A DNA stretch of 64,000 nt from Chitinivibrionales bacterium. GTDB taxonomy: Bacteria > Fibrobacterota > Chitinivibrionia > Chitinivibrionales > WJKA01. Made by a program: the position numbers and the translations under genes. The notes under the pieces were generated by a model. It was not told the origin of the DNA. It saw only the letters and a list, made by a program, of their open reading frames with translations, and ran no database searches. This document shows positions 20,319 through 29,537 of the stretch, piece after piece. The DNA is taken from assembly GCA_038247415.1 (NCBI GenBank), contig JBBRUX010000023.1, positions 1 through 64,000 of the forward strand, written 5' to 3'. Position 1 is the first letter of the stretch. Each line of letters starts with the position of its first letter.

Positions 20319-20906
20319 ATGGATACATCTCCATTCAAAGTTTTTAAGCGCTGGTACAAACGCGCGGGGCAAGACTCTGCTGGTGATTGGTTTGAACCCA
20401 ATGCAACAACGCTTTCCACTGCGACAAAATCGGGGCACGTTTCTGCTCGCACCGTACTGTTAAAACATTTTGACGATACCCGCTTTGTATTTTTTACTAA
20501 TTACAATTCAGTCAAGGGCAAGGCACTCTACGAAAATCCCCATGCTGCGCTACTTTTCTTCTGGCCACACCGGGGAGAGCAAATTCGCATCGAAGGTTTT
20601 GTAAAAAAAGTAGCAAGCAAAGAATCAGATGCCTATTTTAACAGTAGGCCCTTCGAAAGCAGAGTTGGAGCGTGGGCATCTGCGCAATCGAGCACACTCG
20701 TAAGCAGAGCAGACTTTCTCAAAAACTATAAAAACCTCCTCGATCATTATCAAACGCATGATCTCACACGCCCGCCTTATTGGGGAGGGTTTGAACTTTT
20801 GCCCAAGCATTTCGAATTTTTTTCTGCTGAACAATTTCGTTTACATAACAGGGTTTCTTATACAAAAAAAGTTGGTGTCTGGATCAAAGAAATTCTCTCG
20901 CCATAA
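20319..20906 (+). CDS. pdxH: Pyridoxamine 5'-phosphate oxidase
   Basis: SARTVLLK, FFTNYNS.KG, QIRIEG, YFNSRP, AWASAQS, RPPYWGG and RLHNR. Confidence 0.93.
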   Translation: MDTSPFKVFKRWYKRAGQDSAGDWFEPNATTLSTATKSGHVSARTVLLKHFDDTRFVFFTNYNSVKGKALYENPHAALLFFWPHRGEQIRIEGFVKKVASKESDAYFNSRPFESRVGAWASAQSSTLVSRADFLKNYKNLLDHYQTHDLTRPPYWGGFELLPKHFEFFSAEQFRLHNRVSYTKKVGVWIKEILSP

Positions 20907-20917
20907 AACAATAGGGT

Positions 20918-22141
20918 ATGAAGCATATGAAATTAAGCGTTGCCCACACTTTTGAGCCAGGAATAATATCCCGTCTCAGCGCATTTCCTTCTGTTTATGA
21001 AGTATATGGAAAGCTCAGATCAGATCCAATCGGCGGAGGGCGATCGTCATATACGCTTCGGTCTAATTCCTGGAATACCGTTCGTGAAGCTGTAAAAGAA
21101 GCTCATGCCCATGGCATCGAGTACAATTATTTAATCAATGCAGCAACGCTCAATGGTTTAGAGCAAACCCGCGCCGGACAAAAAACGATACGAAAACTGC
21201 TTGATACGATCGCTCTTTGCGGGGTCGACGCAGTTACGGTGTCTCTTCCCTATCTGCTACGCCTGGTTAAAACACACTACCCCCAGCTTAAAGTTCGCGT
21301 GGGCGTATTTGCCCTTATCGACAACGTGCGCAAAGCTATCGAGTGGGAAGACATGGGAGCAGATACTTTATGCCTCTCCTCAATTGCATTAAACCGCGAC
21401 TTCGACACCCTTGCCGCACTTAAAGAAGCAACATCATGCGCATTACAGCTTATTGTCAATGCAAGCTGCTTGCCTGGCTGCACTCACGAGCTCACCCATA
21501 TGAATATGCTTTCAACCAGTTCACAATCAAGTAGCAAGCTCAAGGGCTATTGCCTCGATTATTGTGTCATGCACTGTTCACAAAAAAGACTTACCTATCC
21601 AATCAATTACATACGGTCAATTTGGATTAGGCCCGAGGATCTGCATATGTACGAAGAATTGGGCTATACCAATTTTAAAATTGTTGAACGATCCTGTCCG
21701 GGAGATCTCTTGATTTCAAGAGTTGCTGCGTACGAGAAGCGGTCGTTTGAGGGTAATTTACTCGCGCTTGTTGCACCTGTTGCTCAAATTAAAAAAGAGC
21801 AAAAAACACCGCTATGGCAACGATTACGCATGATTGCAACCATGGCAAAACCATGGCACATAAAACTTTCGAGTTTACTTGCTATGAAAAAATATGGTGA
21901 GGCTATTATTATGCACGATTATACTAAAGAAAATGCGCTCGTATACATCGAAAACAAAGATCTGGATGGTTTTTTAAAGGGCCTCAAAGACATCCGCTGT
22001 ACAACTTTAAATTGCAAAAGATGCTCTTACTGTCAAGAATGGGCTCAAAAAACTGTCCATTATAATGCTCCCGAACGAGAAAGAATCCTTAAAATGGGGA
22101 ACGCGCTTGACGAAGGTTTACTACAGGGATCACTGTGGTGA
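20918..22141 (+). CDS. U32 'peptidase' family Fe-S protein (putative O2-independent hydroxylase), Cys-rich subfamily
   Basis: AHAHGIEYNYLIN, GVDAVTV, NRDF, CLPGC...H, YC..YC...C, IRPEDL..Y..LG...FKIVER and a C-terminal CX4CXXCXXC. Confidence 0.75.
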   Translation: MKHMKLSVAHTFEPGIISRLSAFPSVYEVYGKLRSDPIGGGRSSYTLRSNSWNTVREAVKEAHAHGIEYNYLINAATLNGLEQTRAGQKTIRKLLDTIALCGVDAVTVSLPYLLRLVKTHYPQLKVRVGVFALIDNVRKAIEWEDMGADTLCLSSIALNRDFDTLAALKEATSCALQLIVNASCLPGCTHELTHMNMLSTSSQSSSKLKGYCLDYCVMHCSQKRLTYPINYIRSIWIRPEDLHMYEELGYTNFKIVERSCPGDLLISRVAAYEKRSFEGNLLALVAPVAQIKKEQKTPLWQRLRMIATMAKPWHIKLSSLLAMKKYGEAIIMHDYTKENALVYIENKDLDGFLKGLKDIRCTTLNCKRCSYCQEWAQKTVHYNAPERERILKMGNALDEGLLQGSLW

Positions 22142-22146
22142 ATACG

Positions 22147-23511
22147 TTAGTTTATACGCTTTAAGACAAGCCCTGCGTTATGCCCTCCAAACGCAAACGA
22201 CTCGGAAAAAGCCGTTTCCACATGAGCTTCTGTTGTTTCACGTACAAAATTAAGATCTGCAATAGGCTTTTCCAAATTTGCGCATGTATGTACAATCTGA
22301 TTTTTTAGCGTTAGCGCGGTTACCGCACATTCGATTGCTCCACTGGCGCCAATGGTATGGCCTATGAGCGATTTGGTTGTATTAACAAAAGGCTTTTTTC
22401 CAAACATGTCCATAATAACACGTGCCTCAACAGGATCGTTTTGCTGGGTTCCGGTTCCATGTGCATTGACATAATCTATTTTTTCGGGGGTAACATTTGC
22501 ATCGAAACATGCATCAGCAATCATTTTTTTTATGCTTTTTGCACCTGGGTCAAGCGCCATTACACTATGAGCATCAAATGTTTCTGCATATCCTGCAATT
22601 TCTGCAATAATGGGCGCATTGCGCTTGAGCGCATGCTCAAATTCTTCGCACACAAGTACAGCGCATCCTCCTTCTGCAAATAAGAACCCCGATCGTGATT
22701 CATCGAAGGGTCTGTTTGCTGTAGCAGGATTTTCACAGTTGCGAACGAGCGTTTTTGCCGTATCGAAACCTCTAAAAATTCCACCAAACATGTCGCCTAA
22801 AAATTCTACTCCACCAGCAAGAGCCATAGAAATTCGGCCTTCTCGAATATCTCGAAAAGCATGACCGATAGCAACACTACCTGCCGCGCAAGCATTGGCA
22901 AAGGTAACATTGGGTCCTAAAAGCCCATACTTAATTCCCATGAGTGCGCCGGTGCTATTGGGCATAATCATTGACACCGCAAACGGGTTAAACCGCGCAG
23001 GATACGTATTAACTTCAAACAAACGAGAGCCTGCGGTAGGCTCAAGAGGTATACCATTAAAGCTCTGCGGGTCTTTAATGATAGTATCGATAGCACTTCC
23101 GCAATGATGTGCTTGGGCTTCTACAAATGATGTGATTCCTGCGATTCCCGTTCCCATAAATACGCCACACTCAGAAGGGTCAAGATTTGCTAAAGCATAA
23201 GTGTTTTTCTTGGGATCGACGGGGTTTACAGTTATTCCAGCCATCTCTAAAGCCTGAGCTGTTGCGCAAAGTCCTAAAACAGAGGCAGTGTCAATCTGCA
23301 TTTTTTCAACACGCGAAACGCGGCCCGATGTGCAATCGAATTGTGGCAGTGGCGCCCACACAGTGGATGTTGGCGTATAATAATTCCCCCACGACAACGG
23401 GAGTGCCGAGGCAACACTCTGGCCCAATAAACACGCATCCCAAAAAGCACCGGTCGACGCTCCACAGGGCGCAACAATACCAATTCCCGTTATGACGACA
23501 CGCTTCTTCAT
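22147..23511 (-). CDS. Beta-ketoacyl-ACP synthase (FabF-like, divergent)
   Basis: RVVITGIG, catalytic NACAAG, RPFD, AHGTGT, KSLIGH and SFAFGGHN. Confidence 0.9.
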   Translation of the reverse strand: MKKRVVITGIGIVAPCGASTGAFWDACLLGQSVASALPLSWGNYYTPTSTVWAPLPQFDCTSGRVSRVEKMQIDTASVLGLCATAQALEMAGITVNPVDPKKNTYALANLDPSECGVFMGTGIAGITSFVEAQAHHCGSAIDTIIKDPQSFNGIPLEPTAGSRLFEVNTYPARFNPFAVSMIMPNSTGALMGIKYGLLGPNVTFANACAAGSVAIGHAFRDIREGRISMALAGGVEFLGDMFGGIFRGFDTAKTLVRNCENPATANRPFDESRSGFLFAEGGCAVLVCEEFEHALKRNAPIIAEIAGYAETFDAHSVMALDPGAKSIKKMIADACFDANVTPEKIDYVNAHGTGTQQNDPVEARVIMDMFGKKPFVNTTKSLIGHTIGASGAIECAVTALTLKNQIVHTCANLEKPIADLNFVRETTEAHVETAFSESFAFGGHNAGLVLKRIN

Positions 23512-23759
23512 GCAGCAGTTTCTTTCATCTGCTTTTCAATCAGCTCAACAATATCGCCAACAGTTTGCAATTTTTGAGCTTCTTCATCAGTAATAGAGCC
23601 TTTAAATGCATCTTCAATGGTCATGACAAGCGTTACAGCATCTAAAGAATCGGCTCCCAAATCATCCCGAATTTTACTTTGGATTGTAATTTTATCCTTG
23701 TCAACCTTTAATACTTCAACAACAATGTCTCGTATGCGATCGAAAACTGCGGAACTCAT
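23508..23759 (-). CDS. Acyl carrier protein
   Basis: DDLGADSLD phosphopantetheine motif; overlaps the KS start (ATGA). Confidence 0.93.
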   Translation of the reverse strand: MSSAVFDRIRDIVVEVLKVDKDKITIQSKIRDDLGADSLDAVTLVMTIEDAFKGSITDEEAQKLQTVGDIVELIEKQMKETAA

Positions 23760-23920
23760 AGGGGGGTGCCTTCTGGTTAAATGTATATTTTATTGTATGC
23801 AGGCTTAGTAACTAAGAGTTTTTCCATTATTGCGCTGCTCAATGTTAATGATACGTCAGCATCGCACTCTGTATTGCCTACGTATAAGATAAAATAGGTC
23901 ATTACTAGCAAGGAATCCAT

Positions 23921-25009
23921 ATGAGCGACATAATCTTACGCCAAACACCACATTCCCCGGTACGTCTGGCAGCAATAGAAACAGCCAACCCTCCAACCAT
24001 TATAAATCAATCAACTGCAGTTGAGCTTATCGATATTCATTATGGTTCAGTTCTTAAACCCCGCAGTCTGGAAATAATGAGACAAGTCCTCTCGCATCCT
24101 TCAATAAAAAAGCGACACATCGCGGTTGATTCACTCGAAAAAATAGTAGCGCTTAAAGACGAGGATCCCGATATTCGCATGGCTCGATTCGAACAGTGGA
24201 GCGTCAAACTTTCGGTGGAGGCTGCGCGCAAAGTATTGCAGCAACGTGATGTTGACCCTAAAGAAGTTACAGCCATATTTGTCAATACTTGCACTGGTTA
24301 TTTGTGCCCCGGCATAGCAACCTACTGCATCGAAGAACTTGGATTATCTCCTCAGGTCAAAGCATTTGATTTAGTTGGTCTTGGATGCGGTGGGGCTTTG
24401 CCCAATATACAGCTCGCCCAGGATCATCTTATTGCAAACCCAAACGGGATTGTGCTTTCGATTGCGGTAGAAATTTGCAGCGCTACATTTCAAATGGGTG
24501 ACGACATCAGCCTTTTAATTTCAAATGCAATTTTTGGTGATGGTGCTGCCGCCGCACTATTATGGTGTAAAGATGATGGCGTAGAATTATTTAAAACCGA
24601 AAGCCTTTTTTCGCCCGCGAACAGAAATGATGTGCGTTATCTGTATAAAAATGGAGCCCTTCACAACAAACTCTCCATTTCTCTACCAAAAATCACCGCT
24701 GGTTTTGTGCCGACTTTGGTCGAAACTCTACTCTCTTCTGCTGGATTATCTATTCCCGACATTGATCATTGGGCAATTCATCCTGGCGGAGAAAAGATCC
24801 TCTCCAACATTCAGGCGGCCCTGGGTCTTTCTGATAGTGATATGGCTCCATCCCGATCGGTGTTATCTAACTACGGCAACATGTCCTCCCCAAGCGTTCT
24901 CTTTGAACTCAAAGAAATACTTGACAATACAAGTGATAGTCCAGGATGGATTGCAGCGCTCGCCTTTGGCGCGGGGATGTCTTTGCATGGGTATTTATTG
25001 AAGAAATGA
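23921..25009 (+). CDS. Type III polyketide synthase (chalcone synthase-like)
   Basis: CTGYLCPG, catalytic triad in GLGCGG / AIHPGG / YGNMSS, plus EICS, FGDGAAA and AFGAG. Confidence 0.93.
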   Translation: MSDIILRQTPHSPVRLAAIETANPPTIINQSTAVELIDIHYGSVLKPRSLEIMRQVLSHPSIKKRHIAVDSLEKIVALKDEDPDIRMARFEQWSVKLSVEAARKVLQQRDVDPKEVTAIFVNTCTGYLCPGIATYCIEELGLSPQVKAFDLVGLGCGGALPNIQLAQDHLIANPNGIVLSIAVEICSATFQMGDDISLLISNAIFGDGAAAALLWCKDDGVELFKTESLFSPANRNDVRYLYKNGALHNKLSISLPKITAGFVPTLVETLLSSAGLSIPDIDHWAIHPGGEKILSNIQAALGLSDSDMAPSRSVLSNYGNMSSPSVLFELKEILDNTSDSPGWIAALAFGAGMSLHGYLLKK

Positions 25010-25032
25010 ATTTGGAATTGATCGGTTCCATT

Positions 25033-25075
25033 GTGGGTGGGTTCAAGATTTTAAACTCACCCACTTTAATTTTTT
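25033..25075 (+). terminator. Probable terminator after the type III PKS
   Basis: Stem gtgggtgggtt/aactcacccac followed by tttaatttttt. Confidence 0.6.
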
Positions 25076-25221
25076 ATAAATCTTGAATCTGGGCGCCACG
25101 GTTTCACCGTCGGGTGTATCTACGCTATTTCCTCGTGTCATTCGCGTAAGGGAGGACGGAATGTGAGGGTGGAAACGGCAGTGACACCCCTCAGTGCAAA
25201 AAGACTCAGGCGCTTTGCGCC

Positions 25222-25286
25222 GCAAGGATTTTGTACCGGCTCGCGAAGCGCGAGCGAAGGAGAAGCCGATACGCCCAAATCCTTGC
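25222..25286. repeat. GC-rich nested palindrome (REP-like element)
   Basis: Outer inverted repeat gcaaggattt/aaatccttgc, middle cggct/agccg, and inner gctcgcg-aag-cgcgagc. Confidence 0.5.
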
Positions 25287-25355
25287 TTTATTATTCTTGT
25301 TTTAGTGATCCCCCCGCTAAAACAATACCAAACCACCATTTAAAAACATGGTTAA

Positions 25356-26816
25356 CTACTTTTTCTTGATTCTCAAAGTCAACGAATCTATCGTTACAGC
25401 ATCCAGGTTAGCTTTGAGAAAATCAATCTTATCCTGATACAGTGAAATAGCTTGGGCGTTTTTATGTTCTTCGAGCAGACTGTAAATTTCAACCAGATCG
25501 TCTGCTGCGCGCTTTTTGTTTAAAGCAATGCGTTCTTGGGCTCGTTTACGAATTCCTTCGGCAGTAACCGACATATTTGCTCTGCGCACTTCTTCTGTTT
25601 GCGTAATGCTTCCCAACTGCGTTTTTTGCACAGTGGCGCTTCTACCTTGCGCTCTCATTTTCGCAGTTGCCAACATATCATGTAATCCCATAGCATCTGT
25701 TGCTGCAAGCGAAGCAATATCGGCGGCTACATCATCGCTTGTTTTTTCCCGGCTCGCCACAGCAACGGTCATTATAGCTTCCTGTATGCGGGATATAGTA
25801 GGACGTGTCAATTGCCAATGAACAGTAATGGTATCTGATTGTTCAGACGCAGCACCAACACCTTTGATTTTAATTGTTTTTTGGACTGCGAGAACGAGAG
25901 AATCCTCGCAATGAGCCACCAGGCTTTCCCACTTTGTCACTTGAGAAGAAAGTTTCGGCCACTCTTGCCCTATCATACTTGTACGTAAAAGATCCAATCG
26001 ATCATGCGCAACTTTCAGAACCGAAAGCGCTTCGGTGAGCATCTTTTGTGCAATGAGTTTTTCTGCCTTTTCGTTGCTCGATTTTACAAACGCGATTTCC
26101 TCCCCAACAGAAACACTCGCATTCACCTTTCCAGCCATACGAGCGCATTGGGTTTGAGAAATCCCCAGCAATATATATTCACGCGTAGCATACGCAAGAA
26201 GGGTTCGAGCTTTTGCATAATCCTTTTTTTCGATACTTTCATCAAAATAAAAAAGCACTGCCTTTGCAACATTTTTTCGACGCTCCAAAAACAGCGCTGC
26301 AAGCTCGCTACCCTTTGCATTATTGAGAGCACCTACCCGCGCAACAACACTGTCGATTCGTTGACATTCGGGATACTGCGCTGCAATACCCGCATTAAAT
26401 TCGTTTACATACACATTAATAAGCATTTGAGATCGATTGGCTTTTTGATCGAGCAAACCTTTTTCCCATAAATAAAGTTGACCCTCAAGTTCCGTTACTT
26501 TTGCCATTACATAACGAGCATTTGGATCGCCTTGAGCCTGTTTGCGCAGCTTAGTTGCGATTCCTTTTGCTTTAGAAAGAGCCTCCTCAATGGCTTTATC
26601 ATCATTTCCCCGTTCCTCGGCTGCGCTAAAAAAGTAAAGTGCACGGGCAACCATAGTATCGACATAATCTTGTGTAATCTGCTGATACTCGGCAGCGTAG
26701 ACTGTTCCGATAGGGATTACCCACGCATCTCGATTTGAGGATTTAAAAACATGTATTTTATCCATGCCCGATCCAGAAATCAGGATCAGAATAAGCCAGA
26801 AAAGCTTTTTCATCAA
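25356..26816 (-). CDS. Hypothetical exported alpha-helical protein
   Basis: 486-aa ORF with an MKK + hydrophobic signal/anchor and helical composition; no family recognised. Confidence 0.7.
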   Translation of the reverse strand: MMKKLFWLILILISGSGMDKIHVFKSSNRDAWVIPIGTVYAAEYQQITQDYVDTMVARALYFFSAAEERGNDDKAIEEALSKAKGIATKLRKQAQGDPNARYVMAKVTELEGQLYLWEKGLLDQKANRSQMLINVYVNEFNAGIAAQYPECQRIDSVVARVGALNNAKGSELAALFLERRKNVAKAVLFYFDESIEKKDYAKARTLLAYATREYILLGISQTQCARMAGKVNASVSVGEEIAFVKSSNEKAEKLIAQKMLTEALSVLKVAHDRLDLLRTSMIGQEWPKLSSQVTKWESLVAHCEDSLVLAVQKTIKIKGVGAASEQSDTITVHWQLTRPTISRIQEAIMTVAVASREKTSDDVAADIASLAATDAMGLHDMLATAKMRAQGRSATVQKTQLGSITQTEEVRRANMSVTAEGIRKRAQERIALNKKRAADDLVEIYSLLEEHKNAQAISLYQDKIDFLKANLDAVTIDSLTLRIKKK

Positions 26817-26852
26817 TTGCTCCCCTACACCTTTTTTAAAGGAAGATTCGAA

Positions 26853-27200
26853 ATGCCCAGCGCGCTCATTACAACAAATGCAGTTCTCACAAACGAGCTA
26901 TCCACCACAATTTGCAAAGAGATTTCCTCACTTTTGGCGCAACAACTCAACAAACCAGAAAAATATGTAATGGTATCAATTCAGCATATTTTTTTGACCA
27001 TGGGAGGAACCCTAGATACAGCTGCGTTCATGGATATTCGTTCTATTGGAGGATTAACAGAGACTGCTAATATATTGATTTCAAAAGACCTATGCGCCTC
27101 TTTGGCAAAGCAGCTCGAAATAGCGCCTACCCGCATTTATTTAACCTTTAGCAATTTTAACGCAACGCACTTTGGTTGGAACGGAACTACCTTTGCATGA
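26853..27200 (+). CDS. MIF/phenylpyruvate tautomerase family protein
   Basis: MP..ITTN (catalytic Pro1), KPEKYVMV, SIGG, RIYLTF and GWNGTTF. Confidence 0.88.
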   Translation: MPSALITTNAVLTNELSTTICKEISSLLAQQLNKPEKYVMVSIQHIFLTMGGTLDTAAFMDIRSIGGLTETANILISKDLCASLAKQLEIAPTRIYLTFSNFNATHFGWNGTTFA

Positions 27201-27892
27201 AAAAAGTTTCACCCATTTCCGAAGCATTAGCCGCAACGAAACAAATTATTGTACCCGGAATAATTCTTTGGATTATAGCGCTTGGGATACTCATCGGCTA
27301 TTATCAAATTCCAGCATTCATGAAGTTGCTTGGTTTTATTGCCGACCTTAAGGCACGCTACAACTACTTATATGCCATGGTAGCAACTGCACTTTTCGGG
27401 GGAATAATTCCGTACGCGTACCTACGTATTCGGCGTTCTACCCGCCACATGGCCCCGCTATCGCACTTACCCTTCGCAACCTTTTATTGGGCATATAAGG
27501 GCGCCGAAATAAATTTTCTCTACACTCTGCTTGCCTCGCTCTTTGGCACAAACAATCATCCGTCAACAATTATCGCAAAAGTTTGTATAGATCAATTTGT
27601 CTACAATCCGTTTTTTAACATCCCCTTTACGATAGTGCTTTACACCTGGAAGGAAATGGATTTTGATTTCAAGAAAACCAAAAGCCAGCTCACCTGGTTA
27701 TTTATTAAGAACCGTTTTATTTCGATAGCTTTTTCAACCTGGATGGTATGGATACCAACGGTAGCAATGGTATATGCACTCCCCGCACTTTTGCAGGTAC
27801 CATTTTTTAACGTAATACTATGCTTTTGGGTGCTTTTGTTGTCGATTCTGACTTCACAAAAAAAAGAAATCGTTGGAAGAGTTACTCATTAA
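27197..27892 (+). CDS. Mpv17/PMP22-like membrane protein
   Basis: KVCIDQFVYNP, WMVWIP and a C-terminal W..LLS pattern; multiple TM helices; ATGA-coupled to MIF. Confidence 0.7.
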   Translation: MKKVSPISEALAATKQIIVPGIILWIIALGILIGYYQIPAFMKLLGFIADLKARYNYLYAMVATALFGGIIPYAYLRIRRSTRHMAPLSHLPFATFYWAYKGAEINFLYTLLASLFGTNNHPSTIIAKVCIDQFVYNPFFNIPFTIVLYTWKEMDFDFKKTKSQLTWLFIKNRFISIAFSTWMVWIPTVAMVYALPALLQVPFFNVILCFWVLLLSILTSQKKEIVGRVTH

Positions 27893-28290
27893 ACAGTATG
27901 CACTACCGAACCGCGAAGGACTTCTGAAAGCCGCTGAGAAAATTCGGATTCGTTTTTCTCAAGAACAGGAAAACCGATATCCCCAACAATTGATGTTGAA
28001 CCGGTCATAATTATTCCCATAAAATTACCAAGTATCGCTTTGGCGCGTTCTAGAAATCTGCGTCCATTCATATGAGGCATTTCGTAATCGCTAATTATAA
28101 TAGTGGGTCTTGCGCCGGCTTCGATTACTCCCAGGGCATCGCGGGGATCGGTATACATGGATATGTCGGTATAGCCAAGCATCTCGAGATACATGTGCAC
28201 CACAGTTAATACTGCGCTGCGATCATCAACTACCATTACAATATCATTGTGCATAGCATTACTTGGCAAAGAGGAATCACCAATGCTCAT
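27889..28290 (-). CDS. Single-domain response regulator
   Basis: VVDD, ISDYEMPHMNG and IMTG receiver motifs. Confidence 0.8.
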   Translation of the reverse strand: MSIGDSSLPSNAMHNDIVMVVDDRSAVLTVVHMYLEMLGYTDISMYTDPRDALGVIEAGARPTIIISDYEMPHMNGRRFLERAKAILGNFMGIIMTGSTSIVGDIGFPVLEKNESEFSQRLSEVLRGSVVHTV

Positions 28291-28495
28291 GGTTGTCTTT
28301 TAAAACAATATTTTAAAATAATTCAGACAGCACTTAAGTTCTATTTCAAACGCAAAAAAAATACTTTACTTAAAAATGTCTTAAAAAAATCTCCATCCTA
28401 ATGTATTTCCCTCTCCCAAATCTGTTTCATCTCCATGAACCACAGACTATTTTCTAATCATATTTGACTTTAAAGTTTAGCTCCAAGGAGTTTTC

Positions 28496-29533
28496 ATGAA
28501 CGTTCTTATTACCGGTGGATCTGGGTTTCTTGGCATAAATGCAGTTCGTCATTTGCAAAGCAAAGGTGTAAAAAATATAGTAATACTCGATCTTTTACCC
28601 TTCGATTACCCCGAAAAAGATACAATCTCTTTTATACAGGGTGATATTCGGTCGGAGGAAGTGGTTGCAAAAGCTATGAAAGGCATCACACATGTTATTC
28701 ATACTGCTGCGGCCCTGCCATTATACACTCCCAACGATATCTACACCACCGACGTCGTGGGCACACGAAATCTTCTCGCTGCTGCGCATAAAGAAAGCGT
28801 AGAGCGGTTTATTCATGTTTCATCAACTGCGGTCTATGGAATTCCCGATCATCACCCACTAGCCGAAACAGATAAGCTCGATGGCGTTGGACCTTATGGT
28901 AAAGCTAAAATTTCTGCCGAAGAAGAATGCATTCGATATCGAAATAAACACATGTGTGTCCCTATTGTTCGCCCAAAATCATTTATCGGACCAGAACGCC
29001 TCGGGGTTTTTGCACTTTTTTACGATTGGGCTTGCACGGGCCACGGGTTTCCTATGATTGGCAGCGGAAACAATAGATACCAACTTTTAGATGTTTTTGA
29101 CCTTTGCGAGGCGATGTATTTATGCATGACCAAGGATGCTGCATTAGTAAACGATACCTTTAATATCGGGGCAAAAGATTTTACTACCATGAAAGAAGAT
29201 TACCAGGCAGTTTTGGATCGCGCAGGATTTGGCAAAAAAATTAGTGGGTTTCCTGCATGGCCCATGATTTTTGTGCTCCGCTTTTTAGAAATGCTACGCC
29301 TTTCACCACTTTATAAATGGGTATACGAAACAGCTTCTAAAGATTCGTTTGTTTCTATAGACAAAGCCGAACAAGTTCTTGGCTATGCTCCAAGGTATTC
29401 TAATAAAGATGCACTCATTCGCAATTATGAGTGGTACCTTGCACACAAAGATTCCTTCGCACATCAAAGTGGGGTTTCGCATCGGGTACCTTGGAAACAA
29501 GGCATTCTTTCGCTGTGCAAGCATTTCTTTTAG
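28496..29533 (+). CDS. NAD-dependent epimerase/dehydratase (3-beta-HSD-like extended SDR)
   Basis: TGGSGFLG, HTAA, SSTAVYG and YGKAK; AAGGAG RBS. Confidence 0.88.
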   Translation: MNVLITGGSGFLGINAVRHLQSKGVKNIVILDLLPFDYPEKDTISFIQGDIRSEEVVAKAMKGITHVIHTAAALPLYTPNDIYTTDVVGTRNLLAAAHKESVERFIHVSSTAVYGIPDHHPLAETDKLDGVGPYGKAKISAEEECIRYRNKHMCVPIVRPKSFIGPERLGVFALFYDWACTGHGFPMIGSGNNRYQLLDVFDLCEAMYLCMTKDAALVNDTFNIGAKDFTTMKEDYQAVLDRAGFGKKISGFPAWPMIFVLRFLEMLRLSPLYKWVYETASKDSFVSIDKAEQVLGYAPRYSNKDALIRNYEWYLAHKDSFAHQSGVSHRVPWKQGILSLCKHFF

Positions 29534-29537
29534 AAGA

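Noticed and set aside
25082..25215. Hammerhead ribozyme, SRP RNA or cobalamin/TPP riboswitch
   Set aside because: Core motifs (CUGANGA with GAAA, the SRP GGAA loop with its conserved internal loop, B12 box) are not present on either strand.
25043..25369. ORFs 25043-25339 (-) and 25163-25369 (+)
   Set aside because: No RBS or family motifs; they simply run across GC-rich palindromic non-coding sequence.
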